Positions 51,163 to 61,697 are shown, numbered from the stretch's first letter. The stretch is 64,000 nt of DNA from Prevotella sp. (GCA_013333285.2 JABCPF020000042.1:12302-76301), one strand, 5' to 3'. Translations and numbers: made by a program. The notes: a model not told the origin generated them from the letters alone.

Positions 51163-52371
51163 CTAACAATTATTTTTAAATAAAGAAAACAGTTGTTGTG
51201 CAATACTTAAACCGCTATGGTACTCTAATATTACTCGTCTTCCTTCCCTTGCTATATCTTCATAACAAGATTGATTAGAATATATTTCTTTTAATATTGT
51301 GATAATTTCTTTTGTATCATTATACTGTAAACACGAAATATTATTTTTAACAGATATATTTTCTAGTGCATACAACGAACCAATAACTAATAAACCATTT
51401 GCGAATGCATCGAGTACCTTCCCCTTCGTCCCCGTACCAATACAAATTGGTGTAACCTGTATATCATACTTAGTAATTTCCTCAATATAATTAGGAGCAA
51501 ATTTAATATGACAAACATCGTATCCTACATTACGAAGAGTTATTGCATGCTGTTCCCATCCTTTTCCTAAAAAAGTAAATTGATAATGTTCCTTCAATGC
51601 TGACACATTATGTTCTTTACTTAACTGAGTTATCATCTCATCTGCATCTTGCTGCATATAGAGATCATATTGTCCAGCTATTAGCACTTTAATTTTTGGT
51701 GATGAGAAAGAAATTGTTTTTTTGGGTAATGCAACTTGATAATGCGGATGTCGAATAAAATGAGCTTGAATACCAGGCGCAATTTCCCTTAAAAAATCCA
51801 CATCAGCTTCACCTACCAAATGATAATGTATATTTGATGAGGTATCAAACTCGTTCTCCATTTTTAGATACTTAGGATACATAAATATAGATCTCCAAAA
51901 TCTGATCTTATTTTGCATTGCAAAACGTTTTCCAAGCATCCTATAATAATATAACGATTCGCAATCAGGCAAAGTATGTATTCTTTTAAATCCCTTTAAC
52001 TGCATGCTTATACGGGACAACTCCTCTCCATAAATCCAAATTCCATCTGGATTTATTCTAACTATTTTATCTATTTGTTGTGAACTTAAACAAATATAAT
52101 TTCCAATTGGATATTTTAGAAAAAGTCTGAAGGGTGAAAGGTATTTAAGAACAAACGTATACCACCACGGAACTGGCAATAAATGAATCTTAATATTTAA
52201 ATCTTTAGCTACAGATTCTATTTGTTCATTTGACAACTGATTTAAATTATATGAATATAATTCTATGTCTATATCTTTATCTCTATCTACTAATAGATGA
52301 TAAGGCAATGCACTTGTGCCGCGAATATTTTCAGCAGCAGGCATCATTACAGAAATCATTACTATTTTCAT
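51163..52371 (-). CDS. Probable GT-B glycosyltransferase
   Basis: C-terminal PICIGTGTKGKVLDAFANGL, similar to the GT4 donor-binding motif. Confidence 0.75.
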   Translation of the reverse strand: MKIVMISVMMPAAENIRGTSALPYHLLVDRDKDIDIELYSYNLNQLSNEQIESVAKDLNIKIHLLPVPWWYTFVLKYLSPFRLFLKYPIGNYICLSSQQIDKIVRINPDGIWIYGEELSRISMQLKGFKRIHTLPDCESLYYYRMLGKRFAMQNKIRFWRSIFMYPKYLKMENEFDTSSNIHYHLVGEADVDFLREIAPGIQAHFIRHPHYQVALPKKTISFSSPKIKVLIAGQYDLYMQQDADEMITQLSKEHNVSALKEHYQFTFLGKGWEQHAITLRNVGYDVCHIKFAPNYIEEITKYDIQVTPICIGTGTKGKVLDAFANGLLVIGSLYALENISVKNNISCLQYNDTKEIITILKEIYSNQSCYEDIAREGRRVILEYHSGLSIAQQLFSLFKNNC

Positions 52372-52418
52372 CTGTTATAAACTTCTTGTACTTACAACAT
52401 ATTATCTAAAACAAGTTT

Positions 52419-53201
52419 TTATTCAGACATACGTATTTTATAATAGAATTTCGCAAGCCTATAAGTTATTGGATCCATATATTTTTTTAAAATGTAAAAA
52501 TGGCTTTGCATGCCGTATATACTTCTTGCTGTGTTTGAAGAGCTCTCTCCTTCAAGATGAATTATTTTGGGTGAAGTAATAAGCATTCTTTTATAACCTT
52601 TCTTCATCATTCGATATTGTAGTTCACCTTCTTCACCATAAAGAAATATATTTTCATCAAACATTCCTGCTTCTTCTATTGCTCTTTTTGGCATAAACAT
52701 ATCTGCACCACAAATGCATTCTACTTCTTTATCGGTATAATCTGGTTTATAATTATGTGGTTTAACTAATCGTTTCAAAAAATCTTTTATAGTAAATGCA
52801 GGAAAATAAAAGAAAGAGTCTCTATATGTACCGTCAGGCCCCTGTAGATAGCAGCCATAAATAGTCTTTAAACTACTTGAAGTTGCATACTTAAAAAACT
52901 CTCCGATTGCATTATTAAGCAAAAGAGTATCTGAATTTAATAAAAAAAGATAATCTCCCTTAGCAATCTCGATTCCACGATTATTACCATAACCAAATCC
53001 ACCATTCTTTTCTGAATAAATATATTTTATCCTTGAATCTGTCTCAAATCTATCTTTAGAGCCATCAGTTGACGCATTATCTACTACTATAATCTCATAA
53101 GAGATATTAGTAGTATTTTCTATAATACTCTCTATACAAGCAGAGGTTAATTCATAAGTATTGTAATTAACTATGATAACTGATACATCCATAACTTTCA
53201 A
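52419..53201 (-). CDS. Glycosyltransferase family 2
   Basis: VIIVNYN, VDNASTD, NGGFGYGNNRG, LNSD, FDENIFLYGEE. Confidence 0.93.
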   Translation of the reverse strand: MKVMDVSVIIVNYNTYELTSACIESIIENTTNISYEIIVVDNASTDGSKDRFETDSRIKYIYSEKNGGFGYGNNRGIEIAKGDYLFLLNSDTLLLNNAIGEFFKYATSSSLKTIYGCYLQGPDGTYRDSFFYFPAFTIKDFLKRLVKPHNYKPDYTDKEVECICGADMFMPKRAIEEAGMFDENIFLYGEEGELQYRMMKKGYKRMLITSPKIIHLEGESSSNTARSIYGMQSHFYILKKYMDPITYRLAKFYYKIRMSE

Positions 53202-53286
53202 CTAAATGTATTCTTAGATAACTATACAGATTAATAATTCTTTATTTTATACCATTTCAAACGTATTATAACGTATCCATACAATA

Positions 53287-54543
53287 TTAAAAGATTTTAA
53301 ATAATCTACGTGAATAAAAAAATACCAATAATGCTTCTATACAAGATGAAAACATACTGATATATGCTGTATATAATACAGAATATCTTGTCAATAATAG
53401 AGAAAGACCTAAATGGATAATAGATACTCCCACTGTCATAAACATTAATTCTTTTGTTTTTTTATAGTAAAATAGAAAATTGCAAAATTGCAAATACACA
53501 CATTGAAAAAATGTGCTTAGACAAAGAGGCAAAAGATAAATTACCGATTCTTGATACTTGGGGAATAATATTGGAATAAGTAAACGACAGGCTACGTATA
53601 AAATAAAGCTAAATCCTGCATAAAACATTAGCAATAGAACTGTTTGTTTTTTAAGTTTATCTTGGATTGAATCATCTTCCTGAGAGAGGGACTCAAAAAT
53701 ATAAACAGAATTAGATTTATTAAAGGCTGCACCAACCGAATAAATGATAAATGCAAAATTAATAGCAAAACTAAATAGACCTACAGCTTTAGTTGCAAAG
53801 TAAGCATTGATAATATACCGATCCATTCCCTGACGTAAGAAACCATTTATACTATGAGGAATTAATGGAATACCAAACAATAGAGTTTCTTTGTAAATTG
53901 CCTTTGTAGGCATCACACGTCTTATATAGCCTTTACGAACTAAGTTAATACATCCCCAAATTAAAAAAAATGTAGAAGCTATTAAATTTGCTTCCACACG
54001 TCCCATCCAATCCTGTTCAAACCCAATTACAAGTACAAGTGAAAGAGCAATATTTATAAGTGTAAATAAAGTTGTTAAAACACCATATGCTAGCGTTTTC
54101 TCTTCTAATCTGTATATATCCAATAATAAATTATAAACTACCGTTGTTGCACATAAATAGATGCAAAGAACTTGTATTGTTGGTTGAATATTAGAAATTC
54201 GAGTTACGAAATCAGGGAAAAGACCAACTATCAATAATAATATAGCCGAAACTATAAGAGTAGAACTTAAAACAACATTAATATATCTTGCTAATGTTTC
54301 ACGAGACTCTTTAAAATATTTTATACTAACAATGCCAGAAGTACATAAACATATTACATATCCAACTACTCCTACCGCTGTATAAAAAAGATTTAAGCTT
54401 CCATAAGAATCTGTCAGAATATAGTTAGATAATATTAATAGCAAGAAAAAATTTAGACCTTGATTTAAAAAAGAGAAAAATGCAAAGAGACTACCACTTT
54501 GCACACTCTTATTATAAATGAGCTTATGAAGAATATTATTCAT
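53287..54543 (-). CDS. wzx: Oligosaccharide flippase
   Basis: Polytopic, about 12 TM segments; FGIPLIPH..DRYII..VGLFS. Confidence 0.85.
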   Translation of the reverse strand: MNNILHKLIYNKSVQSGSLFAFFSFLNQGLNFFLLLILSNYILTDSYGSLNLFYTAVGVVGYVICLCTSGIVSIKYFKESRETLARYINVVLSSTLIVSAILLLIVGLFPDFVTRISNIQPTIQVLCIYLCATTVVYNLLLDIYRLEEKTLAYGVLTTLFTLINIALSLVLVIGFEQDWMGRVEANLIASTFFLIWGCINLVRKGYIRRVMPTKAIYKETLLFGIPLIPHSINGFLRQGMDRYIINAYFATKAVGLFSFAINFAFIIYSVGAAFNKSNSVYIFESLSQEDDSIQDKLKKQTVLLLMFYAGFSFILYVACRLLIPILFPKYQESVIYLLPLCLSTFFQCVYLQFCNFLFYYKKTKELMFMTVGVSIIHLGLSLLLTRYSVLYTAYISMFSSCIEALLVFFYSRRLFKIF

Positions 54544-55444
54544 CTTTAGTTATTTCCTTATCTTCAAAAAGGGTATCTAAGATCCTTTTCTCATATGCAT
54601 CAATAAAAGAGCCTGTAGTTCTATTGAAAATCTTAACGTTCATATAATCTGCAAATTCCTGAAGATACAGATGGCCTGTAAATGTAACTAGTTGAGAACT
54701 TAAAAAATCTATTAACCTAATAGGTGTTCCGTCATAATTACGCCATACAGTCTCGTTTTCTCCATAATAATGTCTATCTACGACTACTACTTCATTGCAA
54801 TTATTAACCCTTATATCTTTCATCCACGAATGTTCAACACCTAAAAGATTTATTTCCTTATAGCCACATAATATAGCAGCATAGATAGCTGAAAGACTTA
54901 CATTTGAGAAATTAGGAGACACCCAACCTTTCTTGTATAGCCACATTTTAATTCTGTTTGCATATTTTGTTTCTGGTTCCCAACTATTATTTGCATATCT
55001 ACGCACGGTAACATTTTTGTTCTTCTCAAATGCCTCTTTTATATAATGAGGGAAATCATAAGGAATAAATATTTGAATTGCCCAATCAATACGTTGAATA
55101 TTATCCCATGCTTTTTTTATATGCTCTGACTCTGGTTTCTGCCAAAACAGCATATCAACCATTACAAGCATCTTAGGTTTCAACTTGAAGAACAAATCTG
55201 TATTCACACTTAAATTTACTGCACAGAAATCAAAATCCTTCAATTGGTCAAGATGTTTTTCAATTAAAGAAAAGCTTGGACCATTGCCTAATAAACAAAG
55301 TTTTCTATTTCTAATACTATAATCAAAATCATTACCAAAGTGCTGAAATTGTAGTTGATAAAATAGAGGTCTACCTAAAAGACTTAAATAGTCTGATATA
55401 TATGCTATAATAATATGTACTATATGACGAAAACGTTGAAGCAT
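54536..55444 (-). CDS. GT42/Maf-like putative nonulosonate (sialyl) transferase
   Basis: LLGNGPS, FCAVN, AILCGYKEINLLGVEH resemble the CstII/Maf fold; directly after neuA. Confidence 0.65.
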   Translation of the reverse strand: MLQRFRHIVHIIIAYISDYLSLLGRPLFYQLQFQHFGNDFDYSIRNRKLCLLGNGPSFSLIEKHLDQLKDFDFCAVNLSVNTDLFFKLKPKMLVMVDMLFWQKPESEHIKKAWDNIQRIDWAIQIFIPYDFPHYIKEAFEKNKNVTVRRYANNSWEPETKYANRIKMWLYKKGWVSPNFSNVSLSAIYAAILCGYKEINLLGVEHSWMKDIRVNNCNEVVVVDRHYYGENETVWRNYDGTPIRLIDFLSSQLVTFTGHLYLQEFADYMNVKIFNRTTGSFIDAYEKRILDTLFEDKEITKDE

Positions 55445-55481
55445 GATAAAATTAACAAGACTATTATCAATAAATTGTATT

Positions 55482-56162
55482 CTAATTTTGTGTCATTATA
55501 ACCTTAGCTAATGCTAAATCTAATGGGCCATCAATATCTATAGAATCCTCTGTTGTCATTATATATGATAAACTCTTCGCACCAAAAAAATGTCTCTGAT
55601 GAAGATAACATTCAGGTTTTGCTATAAATATAGCCCCATTAGGAGAATAATCTTTATAACCTTGTCTTCTATAGTTAGAAAAATCAGTATCAAAATATTT
55701 CAAACTTTCGTCTTCATCTATAGGGTTAACAAGTACTTTCGCATGTTCCGACTCCTTTACCGATACTAAAAAATCAAACTGATCATATTTCTTTTCGAAC
55801 TTTTCAATAGCCTCTTTAATATGCTCTGCATTACGTAATGGGGAAGTAGGTTGGAGAAGAACAAAATAATCATATGATTCTTGAAGTTTATTCATCAGAA
55901 TATCTTCTATAACCATATATGTTGTTGCATTATCGTTAGATAAATTTTCTCCTCTCATAAAAACTTCCGCACCATATCGACGAGATATTTCCGCGTAGGT
56001 ATCAGAATCTGTAGATACTATAACCTTATCAAATAGTTTCGTATTAAATGCTGCTTCTATTGAATAGGCTATAAGAGGCTTGCCACAAAGATCTATAATA
56101 TTCTTATCCTTTAAGCCCTTTGAACCAGAACGCGCTGGTATAATCGCTATTCTCTTCATCAT
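55482..56162 (-). CDS. neuA: CMP-N-acetylneuraminate synthetase (single domain)
   Basis: IIPARSGSKGLKDKN, STD, LLQPTSPLR, NGAIFI, SIDID. Confidence 0.93.
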   Translation of the reverse strand: MMKRIAIIPARSGSKGLKDKNIIDLCGKPLIAYSIEAAFNTKLFDKVIVSTDSDTYAEISRRYGAEVFMRGENLSNDNATTYMVIEDILMNKLQESYDYFVLLQPTSPLRNAEHIKEAIEKFEKKYDQFDFLVSVKESEHAKVLVNPIDEDESLKYFDTDFSNYRRQGYKDYSPNGAIFIAKPECYLHQRHFFGAKSLSYIMTTEDSIDIDGPLDLALAKVIMTQN

Positions 56163-56170
56163 TATTCAAT

Positions 56171-57325
56171 TTATACATTCAAAGGCTTGATATCATAAAA
56201 AAGCTTGTACTTTTCCTTCTTTTCATGAAGAATATCCATTGTCGTGCGATAATATAATTCTGCAGAATTCTCTTTATAATATGGAGTATCAGTTATCACT
56301 TCGTCTTTGTGTGCAATCACAAATTCAATAGCTTGAGCTATTTCCTTTGAGTTACAATTAACGTCCAATATACTTTTACTTTTCACACGTCCTGTTTGGC
56401 GTCCACCGATATTTACAGTATAACTTCCAAGTGAAGGGACCTCTATAATACCACTACTTGAATTACCAATCAATGCCATTGATTTTTTTACAAGGTAATG
56501 ATAAGCATCTGGATGTAAATTGGTATAAAAGACACAATTCTCATGCTTATCACAAAACTCTTTAACACGTTTTGTTATCTGGTCAGCGTGGGTATCGGCA
56601 TTAGAACCTATAAATGCAAAATGATAATTACTTGTAAAAGGTTCTATGGCGGCAAACACCTCGTTTATCTGTTCTAAAGGAGACACATCATTCAATGTTT
56701 CTGGGTGGAATAGAACTACAAAACTAGTCTCATTATTAACAAGCTCTGCAGGAACATTCTGCATGTCAATATGAAGACAATTTTCTGCACCAAGCGCACC
56801 AAGATAGTATACATTATTCGGATTTTCACCAAGCTGTATAACACGCAGCTTATATTCTAACGTGCTTGTGAAATGCCAAGTAGCCATCTTTGTAATAGAG
56901 TGACGAATAAATTCATCATAGTTTGCCATTGTAAGCTCGCCACCATGCAAATGTAAAATAGGAATTCGATGCATAGCAGCTGCTATTGCAACACTATAAA
57001 TCTCATAACGATCTCCTAGTATTATCAACAAGTCTGGTTTGTTTTTAGCAAAATATCCACTAAAGTCTGCCAAAGTTTTAGCCATGATACAACATGTATC
57101 ATCAAGCGAGTCCATCTTCACTTGTACAGCATCTTTATAATCTATACGAAAGCCGTCCTGCTCAATAATATCTATAGCATTTCCAAATTCTGCAGATAAA
57201 AGAGCGCCTGTAGCCAGTATATAAAAATCTATCTCTGAATCATGATTAAGTTTTGATATATAATTACGAACTATGCCGTAGTCAGCACGAGATCCTGTAG
57301 CAAACGCAACTTTATATTTCTTCAT
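56171..57325 (-). CDS. neuC: UDP-GlcNAc 2-epimerase (hydrolysing)
   Basis: TGSRADYG, LGDRYE, HGGE, DEFIRHSITK, FHPET, GNSSSG. Confidence 0.94.
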   Translation of the reverse strand: MKKYKVAFATGSRADYGIVRNYISKLNHDSEIDFYILATGALLSAEFGNAIDIIEQDGFRIDYKDAVQVKMDSLDDTCCIMAKTLADFSGYFAKNKPDLLIILGDRYEIYSVAIAAAMHRIPILHLHGGELTMANYDEFIRHSITKMATWHFTSTLEYKLRVIQLGENPNNVYYLGALGAENCLHIDMQNVPAELVNNETSFVVLFHPETLNDVSPLEQINEVFAAIEPFTSNYHFAFIGSNADTHADQITKRVKEFCDKHENCVFYTNLHPDAYHYLVKKSMALIGNSSSGIIEVPSLGSYTVNIGGRQTGRVKSKSILDVNCNSKEIAQAIEFVIAHKDEVITDTPYYKENSAELYYRTTMDILHEKKEKYKLFYDIKPLNV

Positions 57326-57338
57326 TATTCTTCTTCTA

Positions 57339-58352
57339 CTAAAGTTCTATTAATTCATCTTCAAGAAAATCACGAACAGCAACAGAACCAATAACATGAT
57401 ACCATTCCATAGGGCTAATTCCATTGCCGGGGCGCTTGCAGGTGAGGTTTTGTTCATTTAAGATATCACCTTTCTTTATTGCCTTACGCGCAACGATTGA
57501 TTTTCTTGCAATATTAATATTACGTCTTTCTGACTCTGTAACTTTTTTCCCTCCTTCACCTGCTAAAACTTCTATTCGGCGAACATTATGACATAATTCT
57601 TTCAGTTCTTCGGGAGTAGCAGAAGCTTTATGGTCAGGACCTGGCAAATTTTTATCTAATGTAAAATGCTTTTCAATAAGTACAATATCCTTCATACAAG
57701 CACCTATCGCAGCTACATAACCTACAGAGTGATCAGAGAAGCCTATCTCAATACTAGGAAATTCTTTATGTAAAGTTTCAATTGCACTAAGATTTACATC
57801 TTCATCAGGGGTTGGATACTCTGTATTACAGTGAAGTATTACTAAGTTTTTAGCATCTTCATATTTACATATTATATCAACGGCTTGATGAATTTCTTCA
57901 ATAGTGCACATGCCTGTTGATAATATTATCTTCTTGCCTTCTATCTTAAACTTTGCTATTCGTTCAAGAAATGGCAAATTGGTAACTTCGCCAGAGGGAA
58001 TCTTCCATACTTTCTGCCCGCTATTCTCCAAGAATTCTATTGAATCCATATCAAAAGGAGTCGAGAATGTATCTAATCCAAGACTTATAGCGTAATCACG
58101 CAGTTTAATGAATTCATCATATGGAAGCTCTAGCTTACGTGTCATCTCCAGCTGATTCTCTTCTTCTCCTGTTGTCAATTTCTGGTAATCAGCTTTCGGA
58201 GCAAATTTCGAAATCAACTCCGAAGCCTTAAATGTTTGAAATTTGACTGCATCAACACCGCATGCTTTTGCTTCATCAACCATACGTTTTGCCAAATTAG
58301 GATCACCGCAATGATTGCATCCTATCTCTGCAATTATATAGACATGTTTCAT
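57339..58352 (-). CDS. neuB: N-acetylneuraminate synthase
   Basis: IIAEIGCNH, VKFQTF, KIPSGE, LHCNTEYP, SDHS, EKHFTLD..GPDHKAS, C-terminal SAF domain. Confidence 0.94.
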   Translation of the reverse strand: MKHVYIIAEIGCNHCGDPNLAKRMVDEAKACGVDAVKFQTFKASELISKFAPKADYQKLTTGEEENQLEMTRKLELPYDEFIKLRDYAISLGLDTFSTPFDMDSIEFLENSGQKVWKIPSGEVTNLPFLERIAKFKIEGKKIILSTGMCTIEEIHQAVDIICKYEDAKNLVILHCNTEYPTPDEDVNLSAIETLHKEFPSIEIGFSDHSVGYVAAIGACMKDIVLIEKHFTLDKNLPGPDHKASATPEELKELCHNVRRIEVLAGEGGKKVTESERRNINIARKSIVARKAIKKGDILNEQNLTCKRPGNGISPMEWYHVIGSVAVRDFLEDELIEL

Positions 58353-58355
58353 CGT

Positions 58356-58994
58356 TTAATTGTACTTATGACTATCAGAATTAATTTCTTTCGCAGGAAC
58401 ACCTACTACTACTGTTCGTTCCTTAACATCTCTAATGACAACTGCTCCTGAGCCAACCAAAGCCCATTCACCTATTGTTAACTGACCATTTATTACTGTG
58501 CCTGAACCAATAAAGCTACCATTCTCACAGATAACATCTCCATTAAGTGTTGAATTCGTTGAAATATTAACATGGTCTTTAATACAACAACCGTGTTCAA
58601 TCAGAGCACGAGTATTAATCACACAATTGTCACCAACGGAACTTCCGTGATTAAGTATTGCTAATTTACCTATAAAACATCCTTCGCCTAGAGTTGCAGC
58701 ATGTGAAACTATAGCTGATTTATCAATCACATTAATAAGTGAAAGATTACGTTCTTTTAGTCTATCAAACCACAATTTCCTCTTGGAATTGTTACCAATC
58801 GCTACAAAATAAACAAACGTTTCAGGATTTTCTATACAATCTATCGTATTGCCCAGTACTGGATAGCCTTGATGATATACACCTTTTTCTTTAATATCAT
58901 CTATGTATCCTGCCATTTCAAAATTCATATGGTCTACAGAATCTAATACCGATTTTGCATAACCACCAGCACCTACTATTATTAACTTTTTCAT
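58356..58994 (-). CDS. neuD: Sialic acid O-acetyltransferase (NeuD/PglD family)
   Basis: KLIIVGAGG, hexapeptide repeats, INTRALIEHG, GVPAK; first gene of the neu cluster. Confidence 0.88.
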   Translation of the reverse strand: MKKLIIVGAGGYAKSVLDSVDHMNFEMAGYIDDIKEKGVYHQGYPVLGNTIDCIENPETFVYFVAIGNNSKRKLWFDRLKERNLSLINVIDKSAIVSHAATLGEGCFIGKLAILNHGSSVGDNCVINTRALIEHGCCIKDHVNISTNSTLNGDVICENGSFIGSGTVINGQLTIGEWALVGSGAVVIRDVKERTVVVGVPAKEINSDSHKYN

Positions 58995-59607
58995 ATCGTT
59001 TTTATCTCTTTTAAATGAAAGAGGGATATAAAAAAACCTCTTCTTTTAGCTAATAAAGATATTTCACATTATAGTGTATGAAAAAACATATATATCGAAA
59101 CTTATTATATTTGCTATTACTGAGAATTAATTATTGTCTGATAGACCAATGCAAGAACCATTTATATTTGTAACTCCCTATATTTTGTGTTGAGACGTAA
59201 GTTTCATCTCATCTACCCCATAAGATATGCATTACGATAAGCGTTTATCCATCTCTTTTTAACTTTACCGTTATTTATAAAGGTTTCAAAAATAAAGGAT
59301 ACTCCCTGCAAGCACATAAATGCATGCAGGCTAACAACTATAACGGCTCTTCCACATATGAACGGCAGAGTAGTATATCTACCTCAAGTGTTTATCATAA
59401 AACCGATAAATGTAATTCCTTGATTAATACCTACCGAATGCAACGTTCGCAGATTCTTGCTATAATAGCTTCTCTCGTTAATAACGGTGTAAAAGTAAAC
59501 ATTTAATTTGAAATTCAGAAAGAATATCCAATATATATTAATTCATCGTTACACATTTCACAACTGTTAACGATGCAAAGAGGTTATTCTATGGTGATTT
59601 GCTTGCT

Positions 59608-61620
59608 TTACCACAATCGAATACGTTTTTCTGTATCAAGCCAAAGCTTGTTACTCCCTTTTATATTAAAGGCTTCATACCAGCCTTCTATATGCGGTAA
59701 AGCACCGTTAACACGTAATCGTGCAGGCGCATGAACATCGGCTTTTACACTGTTTATTAACGTTTCTTCGCGCATACTTCCTGCATAATTCAGCGCAAAC
59801 GCCAAAAAGAAACGCTGTTCGGCCGTAAATCCATCTTTGATAGGCAATGGTTTTTCTTTCATTGAGAGTTTGAAAGCGTCCCATGCAATATTCAGACCTC
59901 CATTGTCACCGAGATTCTCTCCCAACGTTTGCCGTCCATTTACTTTAGCTCCTGCTATCACCTCCATGCCGTCAAAATGGCGTATCATGACCTCTGAGCG
60001 ATCCTGAAAACGTTCTTCATCTTCCTTCTTCCACCAAGAATTCAGATTCCCCATTGCATCAAAGCGTCTACCTTGATCGTCAAAACCATGAGTCATTTCG
60101 TGTCCAATAATTGCTCCTATTGCACCAAAGTTATACGCATCGTCCTCATCTACACAGAAAAATGGAGACTGAAGAATACCTGCAGGAAACGTAATATCGT
60201 TATTTACTAGATTATAGCAGGCGTTAATAGTGTGTGCATTCATATCCCAAAGCTTCCTGTCCACAGGCTGATTAACCGTTTTACGCACAAACTCGTCATT
60301 CTCATGGGCGGCTATATTCCACATATTCTCAAAATAAGATAACCGTTCATCTACTTTCAAATCGCTATAATCGTCCCACTCTTCCTCTTCAGGATATCCT
60401 ATTTTTAACTTCATGGCGCTGAGTTTTTCCAACGCCTTTTCGCGAGTTTCTTGCGACATCCATTCTGCCTCACTGATACGAACAGCAAAGGCTTCGCGCA
60501 TACGTTCAACCATTTCGGTTACTCGTCGACGTGACGATTCGGGGAAAAACTGCTTTACATACACCCTTCCCACAGCGTCAGGGAGTGTATTTTTAACTGT
60601 ATTTACGCCACGTTTCCACAACGGCATGTCCTCTTTCAAGCCTGAAACAGCACTACTAAACTTAAAGTTTATGTCACGAAACGTCTGTCCTAAACACCCA
60701 GAGGCATTGCGCAAAAGCACAAATATAAGTCGCGAACGCAACTCTTCTATGGGCGTTTCTGCTATCAAGCGGTCAGCTTCAGCCAATGGTTCGGGTTGTT
60801 CTACGTTTATATCTACAAACTCTGGAAACTTAATGCCTTCACGTAAAGTCTCCCATTCTATATGGGGATAATCGCGTTTTACGCTCTCCCACGTCGTAAG
60901 GTGATAATTCTCCTCCACTTCACGTAGTTTCTCTATAGGATAAGCAACACGTGCCATGCGTGTTTCAAGCTTGATAACATGCTGCATCATTATGTCGGCA
61001 CGTAAATTATCATATCCTGCAGCAGTAAGAATATCAACAATGTACGTCTTATATGCGTTCAGAATTTTACAACTATTGTCGTCGTCATTCAAATAAAAGT
61101 CGCGCAAAAGATAATATCCTCCCTGACCTATTGAAACGATATTACGCGACGAATCATGCAAGTCGGGACCTGCTCCTATCCCAAACGGAAAGGCATTATA
61201 ACCGTGGTGGCATAATCGTGAACAAAAAACCTGCCAATCATGCAGATTATCAAGCGCTTCGGCTTCATCGAGCAGAGGTTGAATAGGCTTTGTACCTTCT
61301 CGATTACAACGCTCTTGATCAGTCACCAAATGGTATAAACTCGCCATCTTTTGTTCCAGCGAGTCTTCTTCTTGTGGCTCTGCAGCTATACGCTCTATCA
61401 TTTCGCGAAGCACCTTTTGCAAACGTTCCGACAAGAGCGTAAACTGTCCGTTGCTCACCTGATCATCACGAAGTGGGTGGCGTTTAATCCAGCCCTCACA
61501 GGCATAACGATAAAAGTCATCGCCCGCGTTAACCGTCAGGTCCATATTTTCTTTACTAATTCCTCCACAAATCTCATCGAAATCAGCATCCGCTTCTATC
61601 ATACTGCCTTGTTTGTTCAT
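59608..61620 (-). CDS. M13 family metallopeptidase (PepO-like)
   Basis: GDDFYRYA, INACY, FPAGILQ, GHEMTHGFDDQG, GENLGDNGG; no signal peptide. Confidence 0.93.
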   Translation of the reverse strand: MNKQGSMIEADADFDEICGGISKENMDLTVNAGDDFYRYACEGWIKRHPLRDDQVSNGQFTLLSERLQKVLREMIERIAAEPQEEDSLEQKMASLYHLVTDQERCNREGTKPIQPLLDEAEALDNLHDWQVFCSRLCHHGYNAFPFGIGAGPDLHDSSRNIVSIGQGGYYLLRDFYLNDDDNSCKILNAYKTYIVDILTAAGYDNLRADIMMQHVIKLETRMARVAYPIEKLREVEENYHLTTWESVKRDYPHIEWETLREGIKFPEFVDINVEQPEPLAEADRLIAETPIEELRSRLIFVLLRNASGCLGQTFRDINFKFSSAVSGLKEDMPLWKRGVNTVKNTLPDAVGRVYVKQFFPESSRRRVTEMVERMREAFAVRISEAEWMSQETREKALEKLSAMKLKIGYPEEEEWDDYSDLKVDERLSYFENMWNIAAHENDEFVRKTVNQPVDRKLWDMNAHTINACYNLVNNDITFPAGILQSPFFCVDEDDAYNFGAIGAIIGHEMTHGFDDQGRRFDAMGNLNSWWKKEDEERFQDRSEVMIRHFDGMEVIAGAKVNGRQTLGENLGDNGGLNIAWDAFKLSMKEKPLPIKDGFTAEQRFFLAFALNYAGSMREETLINSVKADVHAPARLRVNGALPHIEGWYEAFNIKGSNKLWLDTEKRIRLW

Positions 61621-61625
61621 ACTTG

Positions 61626-61658
61626 CAAAGTTAACAAAAAGCCACTATTTCCCACAAA
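61626..61658 (-). promoter_or_regulatory. Bacteroidota -33/-7 promoter for the M13 peptidase
   Basis: TTTG (61658-61655)-N21-TAACTTTG (61633-61626). Confidence 0.7.
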
Positions 61659-61697
61659 TTATGCTACAATTATACAAAGCTTCTAAACTAAAATGCG

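Noticed and set aside
59421..59438. Complementarity between the sRNA candidate (CTAATACCTA) and the neu operon leader
   Set aside because: Only nine contiguous Watson-Crick pairs; many such matches are expected by chance in 64 kb.
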